From positions 5,058 through 69,057 of the forward strand of contig JAGVGJ010000027.1 in the NCBI GenBank assembly GCA_020057115.1: 64,000 bases of DNA, given 5' to 3'. Below the pieces are notes generated by a model. That model did not search any database and was not told the DNA's origin. It saw nothing but the letters and a program-made list of their open reading frames with translations. The position numbers and the translations under genes were made by a program. Numbering within the stretch: the first letter of the stretch is position 1; every line of letters begins with the position of its first letter. This document shows positions 1 through 10,700 of the stretch, piece after piece. The stretch comes from Candidatus Omnitrophota bacterium. GTDB lineage: Bacteria; Omnitrophota; Gorgyraeia; 2-01-FULL-45-10.

Positions 1-185
1 TCTTCTTAGGAGATGGCGTGAAGCTTATTGCCAGGCCTGAGAATGAAACATTTGCATGGTACCCGCGAGCGGAGATAATAGGGAAACTCGCGCTGGAAGA
101 TATAAAAAATAAAAAATTCACGACACCCGAGAAGCTGGAGCCGATGTATCTGTATTCGAAGGAATGCGATATCACAGGAAAGTAG
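1..185 (+). CDS. 3' end of an upstream CDS (partial, hypothetical). The open frame ends at TAG 183-185 and translates as ...GDGVKLIARPENETFAWYPRAEIIGKLALEDIKNKKFTTPEKLEPMYLYSKECDITGK*.
   Basis: Open frame with no stop from position 3 to the TAG at 183-185, immediately ahead of the alr start. No recognisable motif. Confidence 0.3.
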   Translation, partial: FLGDGVKLIARPENETFAWYPRAEIIGKLALEDIKNKKFTTPEKLEPMYLYSKECDITGK

Positions 186-186
186 A

Positions 187-1341
187 ATGACCTCAATAGC
201 GCTGAAGACCCGAAACGGCACGAAACACATCCGCCACAGGTCGACGTGGGCAGAGATAGACCTTAAGGCCGTAGAACATAATTTTAAACAGATAAAGAAG
301 GTCTCCGGCAAAAAGATCAAGGTAATGGCAGTCGTAAAGGCCAATGCCTATGGCCATGGCACTGTTGAGGTATCGAAAGTGCTTGAGCGTCTTGGTGTAG
401 ATTACCTCGGTGTTGCCACCACCGACGAGGCGATGCGCCTGCGCGACCATGGAATAAAGGCGCCGATACTTATCCTCGGGCATGTCCTTCCTCGGGAAGT
501 CAGATCCGCGATCGAGCACGACATAGCGCTTACCGTATCCAGCGAAGAGCTCTTGTCCGCTATCAGGAAAGCGGCGACTGGCGCAAAGAAAGCCAGGATA
601 CACATAAAGATAGATACAGGCATGGGCCGCCTCGGCATATGGCATGAAGAGGCGATAAACTTTATAAAGAACCTTGTCGCGGACAGGAATATAGTCCTCG
701 AAGGTATATATACTCATTTTTCAAGCGTAGGGCGCGATGACTTCTTCACCGCTTATCAGTTCGATTCTTTCGAGAAGATCCTGTCAAAGCTCGAAAGTTT
801 CGATATCAATATCCCCCTTAAGCACACAGCAAATTCGATCGCTACCGTGGATATGAAGCGCTCGCATTTAAATCTCGTAAGGCCCGGGCTTGTCATATAT
901 GGCATGTACCCAAAGGCTACATTCCAGAAGATCATAAACTTAAGGCCTGCCATGGCGCTCAAAACGAGGATTGTATTTATAAAAGATGCGCCGCCCGGAC
1001 GCTCCATAAGTTATGGCAGGACATATGTTACCCAAAAACATACCAGGATCGCTACGCTTCCCATAGGTTATGCTGATGGCTATGCCCGCAGCCTTTCCAA
1101 TAAGGCCGAAGTCCTTGTAAGAGGGCAGCGAGCTCCTGTGGTCGGTAAAGTTACCATGGACCAGACTATGATCGACGTCGGCCATATCAAGGATGTAAAA
1201 GTAGGTGATGAGGTAGTGCTCATAGGAAAACAGGGCAAAGATGAAATAAGGGCAGAAAAGCTCGCGCGTCTTGCCGGAACTATCGCTTATGAAACCGTCT
1301 GCTCCATCTCAAATCGCGTTCCCCGCATATACAAATATTAA
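187..1341 (+). CDS. alr: Alanine racemase (PLP-dependent)
   Basis: A 384-aa ORF with the classic PLP-lysine motif AVVKANAYGHG near the N-terminus. The C-terminal half is typical of Alr (…PIGYADGY…VGKVTMDQ…). Confidence 0.9.
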   Translation: MTSIALKTRNGTKHIRHRSTWAEIDLKAVEHNFKQIKKVSGKKIKVMAVVKANAYGHGTVEVSKVLERLGVDYLGVATTDEAMRLRDHGIKAPILILGHVLPREVRSAIEHDIALTVSSEELLSAIRKAATGAKKARIHIKIDTGMGRLGIWHEEAINFIKNLVADRNIVLEGIYTHFSSVGRDDFFTAYQFDSFEKILSKLESFDINIPLKHTANSIATVDMKRSHLNLVRPGLVIYGMYPKATFQKIINLRPAMALKTRIVFIKDAPPGRSISYGRTYVTQKHTRIATLPIGYADGYARSLSNKAEVLVRGQRAPVVGKVTMDQTMIDVGHIKDVKVGDEVVLIGKQGKDEIRAEKLARLAGTIAYETVCSISNRVPRIYKY

Positions 1342-1512
1342 TTTCCCGCTATGATGTAAAGATACAAAAAAGTTAGTATGCCTGGCTTGTTTTCTGTATA
1401 TAAGGTAGGTATACTATAATTAGAATAAAATATCGTTCTTTTAGGATCAAATAGTATCAATAGCAAACCATTCGAAAGAGTGGGTCATTCGCAAAGCTAA
1501 AGGGCCTTAATT

Positions 1513-1585
1513 CGTAATGCGTTGTGCGTGTTGCGTTGTGCAGTGATGTAACGCAATACGCAAAACACAACACGCAACACGAAAA
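1513..1585 (+). other. Long imperfect nested hairpin (cgtgttgcgttgtg … cacaacacgcaacacg, with an inner gcgtt…aacgc) in the alr/giant-gene intergenic leader
   Basis: Inverted repeat read directly from the sequence. Non-coding. Confidence 0.4.
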
Positions 1586-1647
1586 AGGTAGCCAGTTGCC
1601 GTTTTAAAGCTATCGTTAAAGCTTGGCAAAAAGAACGATAAAGCGAA

Positions 1648-1680
1648 CCCGCTCAAAATTAGAATGAGCGGGTTTTTTAT
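1648..1680 (+). terminator. Rho-independent terminator (cccgctca-N9-tgagcggg followed by TTTTTT)
   Basis: An 8-bp GC-rich stem plus a T6 run at 1673-1678. Confidence 0.7.
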
Positions 1681-1792
1681 TGAGCAGATAATTTACGGAG
1701 TCCGGAGGACGACGTAAATTATAGGCCGAAGGCCGTCTGCGAAATAATCCCGGAATATACCGCTTAAAGGCGTGTGGTTTGCAATATAAGAT

Positions 1793-4700
1793 ATGTTCCG
1801 GGATAGGCATCCTAAAAAAGGCTTGGCAATGGAGAAGAAAAATTTTTTTAGACAGATCGTGAAGGCTTTTATAAAGCATAGAGCGAGGGCGACTGCCCTG
1901 GTGGTCGCGATCGTTTTTTTCTTTAATACGATATATCTTGATGTAGCCTTGGCAGCAAAGACAGATGCGGGGCTTGCCTCTGTTTCAACACCAAGCGCCT
2001 CAACTTCTAAAACATCCCAGCCATATAAAGATCTTAATATCAAAGATTTTATATTACCAGACTATCTTGGGACAATAAAAGACAGATATATATCTCCATC
2101 CGCTTCAGGCGATGTGATGATCCACATCCAGGATGCCCACTGTAACCAGCCATGCCAGAATAAGATCGCCGACATCATCAGCTATCTAAACAGCGAATAC
2201 GGCATCAAGGTTATAAACCTCGAAGGCGGAAGCGGCGAATATGATACGGCCGTATTTACCCGAATAGGCGATATGAATATCCGCCAGAAGGTAGCCGAGA
2301 CTTTCGTCGGCGAAGGCATGCTTAATGGCGGGGAATATTATGCAGTGCTTAATCCTGAGAAGGCCTCTCTCTGGGGCTTAGAGGATGCCTCGCTGTATGT
2401 TAAAAACCTGGATGTCTATCGGGATTCATTGAAGCATAAAGACGAAGTGGACAAATACCTCAAGAGCCTGAACCATGCATTAAGCAGCCTGAAGGCAAAA
2501 ATGTATTCGAAAGACCTGCTTGAACTTGACCTGAAAACTTCAGCCTACAAGTCCGATAATATCGATATGCGTGCGTATCTCGCGTATCTTTGCGATGCAG
2601 CCGTGAGGAAGGGGATGGGTATAGACAAGTTTGCCGATATAGCAAGCCTAAAGAAGGCGATAGACCTGGAGAAGTCCATAGATTTCAGGACGGCCGATGT
2701 CGAGCGAGAAGAGTTGTTCAAGGCCCTGTCGAAACGCCTTTCAAAGAATGCTATGGAAGAATTCGCGGCTAAAGCCATTGAGTTTAAGGCTGAGCGTATC
2801 TCGCCCGAGGTATTTTACGGCTATATGCTTAGCAGGGCCAGGTCTAGCGGGCTTAAGACTGATAAATATCCGGAACTTGCGAAGTATCTGGCTTATGTAT
2901 CAAGCTATGCCTCTATAGATAAGATAAAACTTACCAAGGAGATAGAGTCGCTTGAAAACGCCCTTAAGGAATCATATTTCGAGAATGAGGGCCAGCGTGA
3001 GCTTGCAAGTCTCTCCAAGAACCTTATTATCCTCGCCAATATCTTTAATTTGAAATTATCCAAAGATGATTATGACTATTATCTGGCGAATGAAGGCAAT
3101 TTCGAGACAGCGCTTTATGCGAAGTTTATCCAGAAGAATGCCTCGATATACAAGATAGCGGATAGGCTGGATAACGGGGTATCAGATCTAGATACCTATC
3201 GAAAAGAGATATCAAAATTCTATGAATATTCGCTTAAGAGAGATGATGCGTTCATGAGGAACATGAAATTTGGTGGGGGTCCAGGATCCAGGGGCCAGGG
3301 TCCAGATTCCGAAGTCCGGGGGGCTGTTATCGTGACCGGAGGGTTCCATTCGGAGAACCTGTGTGAGCTATTCAAGAAGAGCGGGATCTCTTACATATCC
3401 ATAATGCCAAGCTTTAAGATAGAAGAAGGCTATGCATGTCCATACTTCAAACTGCTGGCAGGACAGACCGATGGCATGCAGAACAGGCTTTATTCTATAA
3501 TCTCATCCGAAACGCGCACTTCAGGCATGCAGATAGCCAGCATGCTCTCAAGCGCCATAGCCGAGGCGGTATGGGGCAAAGCAAGAGTTAATGCTTTCCG
3601 CGCCGCGGTAGAGATAGATACCATGGTTACGGAAGGCAAGCGCGTCCTCGTCGTAAATGATAAAGGCGAAGTCCTCAAAGATGCGCGAGGCGAAGAGCTT
3701 GTATTTGGCGAGGGCGAGGATAAGCCGATAAGGATTGCGGAGCTTTTAGGTATTCCGTCTGCCGAAGCGCCGGATGTTTATGCAGTACCGGTTCAAGCCG
3801 TAGCGCCTCAGAAAGCAGCGCCTGCGATAACTCCCGCGCCAGCTGCCCCTGTAATCCGGCCGCTTGGAGGAGCTGTTACCGGATGGCTCAAGCGGCTTAC
3901 ACCCGGGATGCCGGAATGGGCGAGGGCGCTCATCGCGGCTCCTATAGTGGAGGAAGGGCTTTATAGAGGGTTTCCGCTGCTGGCGTCAATGGCCACTGTC
4001 TTGATAGCAGGCGCAGGATTTAACTGGCAACTCATCATGATAGGCTCTGTCTTTTTCCAGATACCGGCAGGGCTAAAGTTTATAGCTGATCATTATCCTA
4101 AAGGCAGAGCGCCGCCGTCCGTTATTATCAAGATGTTACTCGCCCCTTCCATAGTCGCAATAATAAATGCCGTTATCCTGCCGCTAGTATTCACGAACCC
4201 GTTCATGTTCACAGGCGCTGCCATATTAAGCCACTTAACGATAAATCTTGCGGTCATGATCGCCAATGCAATATTCCCGAGCGTCAATATCGGCTTTGCC
4301 GCTATAGGGGTTAGCTCCGGTAGGCCAGGCCCTGCTACCTCTAATATCGAAACACTTAAGCGCATGATGAGAGACCATGCATCTGCCCTTGAGAGATCTG
4401 CCTGGGACAGGAGCGGAAGATTGGGAAGATACATGCTGTTGATGCGGGAGCTGTTGGATAAAGGAGTGTTCCGGGTAGACTTTAGGCCCGAGAACGCGAT
4501 CCTTACCGATAATGCCATGAGCGCCCAGACATTTGACTATGACAAGCTGTATGAGGCGACAAACGTCTCATGGGATGAGACTAAATACTTTATATTCGCT
4601 TCCGTGATACAGCCGGCCAGATACGTATTCAGGGAGCTCGCCCGGGACGCATCCGGGAAAGAGAGGGCTGATTGGTTCTCGGAATACTTCAATGATTATC

Positions 4701-7700
4701 TCGATGCCATGTTCCAGGCAGGCGTGGCCAAGAATATAATAGGCGCTCGTTCGAGCCGCCAGAGGGCGAGGATCGTGGGCCTGGTGGATGCATACAATAA
4801 GAACAGAGAAGATGTCTCGATACTGCAAAAGCAGATAGCCACTCTAAAGGGAAAGCTGAAAGAGCTTGAAAGCGCGTCCAGGTCGCCTCAGACAGACGCG
4901 GTAAAGCGAAGCATAGAAGAGAATATCTCGCGCATAGGCTCCGAATACGAGAAGCGGAGCTCGGTAATGAGGTTCATAAGCGATGATATCGAAACATTCC
5001 TCAAGGAAAGCTTCCAGAAGGTCCCGATGGCAAGGCTGGACCAGGCCGAGCGCGAATGGGTCTATTCCCATCCGAGGCTTGCCATGCTTAAACGCCTGGG
5101 GATGAACGATGAATATGACGCGTTGGTAAGGCAGAGGCGCGTTATATTCTCGATCGTCGGGCAAAAAGGGCTGGCGGCATCTGAAGTTAGGACAAGGCAG
5201 GGTGTCGCGGATAAGAATATCACAAGGCCAGTTGATATCGACAGCGGCCTGCAGCAGCTGCTTCGCGCAGGTGTGGGTAAGTTTGCCCAGGGAGGTATTA
5301 ACGGAGTATATGAGAGAAGGCAATTCATAAGCGACCTCAATGCTATGATCGTATCAATGAGACAAGGAATGAGTTTTGCGCAATCATTCGAGAACGCGAT
5401 GAAGGAGAAAGATGCGAACTATAAGCTTGCTTCTTCGTATCGCGACATCCTGACCATGCTTAAGGGCCCGGAAGGCGCAGGTATCGAGACGGCCGCCACC
5501 GCATTTATGAAGAGATTGGCAAGTCGAGATGCGGCCGCGTGGAGCCAGGTCAACATGGTCATGCCGGAAGGCTATGTATTTAAAATGCCGCTTGGCAAGG
5601 ACCTGACATTCCTTGAGTTCAAAGATATAGGCAAGATGCCGGCAAGACAATTGGCAGGCAAGGTGTTCAAGGTAGACTCGGCGACGTCAGCGCTTAGCGC
5701 AGTAGATATGGAAGGCGAAACAGGAAGGCTCTTCCTGTTCGCATTATCCCGCAGGCATGCCGGAGAACTCATAAGGATCGTTAATAGCACGGTCGATCTT
5801 CCTACCGGGGAAAGGGCGGCGATATCAACTATTATATTCCAGGACCGGGAACAGATAGCGATAACCAGAGATGCGCTTGGCCTATTTACAAGAGAGCTTG
5901 GCGGAATCCAGCGTCAGGCGGAATTCTTGAGCATGGCAGCCAAAGACGTGCCGGGCCTCATCAATCCGACAACTTATTTTGAGATAAACGGAAAGGTGTT
6001 CGGTTCCGCCAGTAAAAAGTTCGATGCAGCCCAGGAGGTCCGCAAGGAGATAGATAAGGACATAGGCAGGGAGAATGTTATACGAGAAGGCATGGAAAAA
6101 ATAGATGTTAAGATCAAGCTATCGAGTGCTCCTTTCGGAGCATTTACACCTTACAGGATTTTTGATAGCTCCGGGAACGGCATATCCGTGAAGCGTTATC
6201 AGAATGGCGTGATAACAATAGGGGCGAGGAGAAACGTGGACGGAAAGGTCATGGCGGTCGGGGTTGATGAGACGATGTCCGCAGAGGACCTTGCCGACGA
6301 AAATAGGTTGTACGGACTTATAGAGTCGCTTAACAGAAGGGCGCCCGGCGTTGACTCGGATGCGATGATACGTAAAGTATTTACAGGGATGGGGATCCTG
6401 CTTCCTGGCGTAGGAGAGCCTGCGCTTATGCACGCCGGATTTGGCATAGCGATGTCAGGCTATGCCTTCGCCTCAGTAGAGGATGTAGAAGCTCACAGGG
6501 TTGCCCTGCAGGGCGAGATAGATAAAGGTATCACGCCTAGTAGCTTCGTAAAAGATAAGGTAATAATTGGCGGCAAGGAGATTCAGATAGTAATACATAA
6601 GACAGTATTAGACAGGCTTGATGCCGTAAAGAAGACTTTGCAGGGCTTTATAGAAGAATGTATAAAGATACGCGGGCCGGATTATGAAGCTACATTAAGG
6701 ACTAAGCTTGCAGGAAAACCCCTTATATTCGACGCCCTCACCAGATCTCCAAATCTCTACGGTAATTGCCAGAATGACGGCTATATCTACATAAATACCA
6801 ATTCGCCTATCCAGCTTGATGCGGTAGGTGTCTCTCATGAGTTCATGCATGAAGCGGATATATTCACTGATTCGGAGACCGATGAACAGGCGCTGGCCAA
6901 GAAAGATGTCGAGCTGATGCAGTATGTCGGCATAGATATCGCAAAATTCATGGAAAGACTTAAAGACGTAACGATGCCTACCGGGTATCTTGCAGCTGCG
7001 CTCGCAGCTATAGCATCGGCTAGACCGGTTGGAACGGCAGCGCCCATGCGCTTGGAAGGGGAAAACCTGATAGCTAGCTGCGACCGGTCGAATGCATGCG
7101 ATCTGCCTAACAGGCACAGGTATGTGGAAGATCTTGTTAAAAAATTACGTGAAGGTAAGAGGGTGGAGGTCGTTTCATTGAATATCCAGAACTTCAAGAT
7201 GGAGTTCAATGATAGAGGTAATAGCCTGGGGCCTGAGGTGGGCCATTTATTCGGAGATTTCGGTATACAGGCGGTTGCCGACGCATTGCCGAAGGCCATA
7301 AAGGCTACGTTGGAAGAGAAAGGCATCAAGGGCAATTTCGCGGTTTATAATGACGGGAAAAGTTACTTTGTCATATTTGAAGATATGCCAGCAGGATTCT
7401 CGGCTACAGATGCCCTGGAGTCGATGCTTAAGGATGACAATACTGCCTTCAAACGCAGCGTTGTCAAGAGCGTCATCTCCGAGACCAAAAAGGTGAAAAA
7501 ATGGAATGATGAGGCAACAGCCGATTTCACCAAAAATTTCACGACCCGCAACTTCAACATGTATGCCGGCATCTCTGCGCCGGCCTCCCTGAAGGACGAA
7601 GTTGGTTCCGGCGTAGATATCTTAAAGCTCGCGCAGCGCGCTGTTGCCCAGGCGGATCTTTCGGCAAAGGCCGCCCAGATGAGGACCGGGGAGATACTCA

Positions 7701-10700
7701 ACGCGATATTCCAGCAGTCTGACATGGAGGGCAAGACAGAGGCAGATATCCGAAAGCTGATAATGGATCGTGCTCAGAGCGCAAGGACCATGGCGATAAG
7801 CGCATGGCGCCCGTACGGAGCGCATGTGGAAGATGAAATAGTGGCGCTTGCCAAATACAGCCCTAAAGGCGAGTATGAAGTCATATACAGGCCGATCCCG
7901 GAAGTTTATAACGAAGAGGCTACCTATGAGAATCTTATTAACCAATATAGAGTTGCGCTAAAAGCAAGAGATCCGGCTAAGGTCCTGAAGGCCAAAGAGA
8001 AACTCTACGATAAGATGCTATTCTATGTACCTGAGCCGTCTGTGAGGTCGAGGTATGTGCGGCCGATCATCGTAGGGATGGAAAGGTTCAGGGATGCCAT
8101 AAACGGATTGATAAGGGCCCCGCCCCAGGCCGATTGGTCCGGAACATTTCGCGTGGGAGGGGATGAATTCGCGAAAATCATATTTAATGCCAAGACCGGG
8201 GTCTTGAGGATATTGCGGTTTGACGCGAATAACCTTGGAAAGATGAATGCCGCATGGGGTAGCAGGATCGGTGACAGGGTGATCGATGATATGCTGCGGC
8301 TCATCGATAAAGTGCAGGATCCAAACGACCTGATGGAGTATATCTATAGGTATTTTGACAATACAAATGAACGGGGCGAGAATTTCAGGGACAATCCTCT
8401 GGAGCTGACCGATACGGATCATGCTTATATATTGCGGGAACTCGTCCGGTTAGACATAAAAGATACTTCAAGGTACTTAATTTCAGATGAGAGCGGCAGG
8501 AATTATCTGGTCAAAGTCCCACCGCTATCATTGACGCATCAGGAAACGGGCAGGTCTTATAAGACCGGGCCTTCGGTTTCTGTGGGGCTTGTCGAGATAG
8601 ATACTCACCTCATACCCGGAAAAGATAGAATGCGTGACTTTTCTCCGATCCAGGGCAGGGCCGATTCAACGGCCGAGACAGTTAAGTCATCTATAAAGAG
8701 ATACCAATCCGAGCATGATGGCGCCATCGATTTTGCTGAAGTCAACAGATTGATGGTCAATTCTCAGCCATTCAATACAAAGGCATTGACAACATTCGAG
8801 AGATCGCCTATCGACCCGCTCCGTGAAGAGTTCGCAAGGTTCATCGTATCAAAACTTGAAAAGCCGGCCGCGCCAGTTACACCCGAAATGGCGCCTGTTG
8901 TCCCCGCCGCGCCGGCGCTTGACTTTAATGTGCGCATAGAGGCAGTTTCATTTAAAGGCGTAGAAGCAGAGTCTTGGAATAAATATAAAGAGCTTCTTGA
9001 TATGGCGCAAGAGATCGTATCATCTATCCCGAGAAGCGAGCTATTGACCATTATCCGCAACATATCCGGCAATAAGACGCTGCGTTTTGAAGATATTTCC
9101 AAAGACATAGCCATATCGTATTTTGCGGAAGGAGTCCATAAGTATGTCTTCAGGGTCGCGTTTTCGACGAAAGAGGGCAAACCGCTCGAGATATTGCTTG
9201 CCGCTAAAAAAGAGAAGAACTTAAAAGATATAAGCGGACACGAACTGCAGAACTTGAAGAAACTGCACGGCAGAGGCGTCCCTAAATTCGGTGGGTCGTT
9301 CAGGTCTAAGGACGGCAGGTTGTGGTATCTGGAAGAATTTATCGCCGGAGATACGGTCGGCGCGCTCCAGAAGCAAGGTGCCTTGAAGGACAATGTCAAA
9401 CGCGGCATAGTGGCTACCATGTTATTGATCGCTACCGGACTTAACGGGATGATACCGCGCGACATGCATGCCGAGAATATAATGGTTGAGAAAGGAACGG
9501 GCAGGGTTGTGATGGTGGATCTAGGAGACAGGAGGTTACATATAACAGGCAAAGACGCCACCGATGCCCACAGGATGCTATTTATAGGCATGCTGTTGTC
9601 CCAATACGGCGTTAACGACAAGGAGAGACCTGAGCTTGACCATGTCTTCTTTGACGCCATAGCCAATGACAGATCTCTTTCCGAGGAAGGAAGCCTTGAA
9701 ATGCTGCAAAAGGCGTATGCGGAACTTGAGAAGAGAGGCCAGGCAGGCGTTGTTGGCTATCTGGCCAAAGAAGGGCGCAATATGTTCGTAAGCGTCGGGG
9801 CGCAGAATAGGGATGCTGCGCGCATGGACGATTTTGTAGGCACATTTACAAGAAGCCTCGGATCATACCTTGCTAAGTCAGGCCAGCTCCGCGGCCCGCC
9901 TATTATGCCAATATCTACAGCACCGGTTGCTGCCGCTGTCCCTGGTATTGTGAGCCTTACCGATAATATTGCTGAAGACATGGCGTTGCGCAATGTGATC
10001 GCTCTGGCAAGTTTCAGCCATGCGTCGAACAGGCTTACCGAAATAATGGGCATGGTGCAGATAGTTATGACGCTCACATCTGACATGATAGAGATACTAA
10101 AGAAAGAGAATGCGTCGGACGCCATGTTGAACGAGATGCGAGATATCCGAAGAGGCATGGTCGATGACGGTATAAGCAAAATAATAGAGCTTCACAAAAA
10201 GGCCATAGAACAGATGAGGAGTGGAGGCAAGAAGTATGCTCCTGCAGAAGTGTCTTCATGGAAAGAGGAATACCTTAAAGCGTACCGATCTTTCGAAGCT
10301 TCCGCGAAAAGGTTCGACGGCGTAAAAGAGAAGATGGCGGCCGCCGTAACCGATAAAGAACTGCCAAAACTTCTGAAATGGTATGGTGATGTCGCGCCCA
10401 AGCTTGATGACGTGCTTTCTGACAGGGCCAGTCTTATGACCGGCGAACTTAAAGATGAGTTGATCGATTTGCGCGAGGTCCTTGATCGGGAGCTCTTTAT
10501 AAAATTACTCCAGGCCGTTGTCAATAACCCTGCTACGGAAAGGTATTTCGATATTCGCATGCCCGACGGACCTGTCATGGTCAAGGGCAACAGGATATCG
10601 CTATCAGCACTCTTTACAGACCTTGCTAACAATGCCTATAAGTATGCCGAGAAGGCGCAGAAAGGGAATGCCAAAGTAATCATTGAGCTTGCACTTGAAA

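Noticed and set aside
8764-9666. A 300-aa minus-strand ORF, plus many other 60-170-aa minus-strand ORFs, inside 1793..11935
   Set aside because: They lie entirely antisense to the strongly supported giant + ORF. Their translations are low-complexity Ser/Ala/Leu-rich with no motifs, which is the typical shadow-ORF signature.
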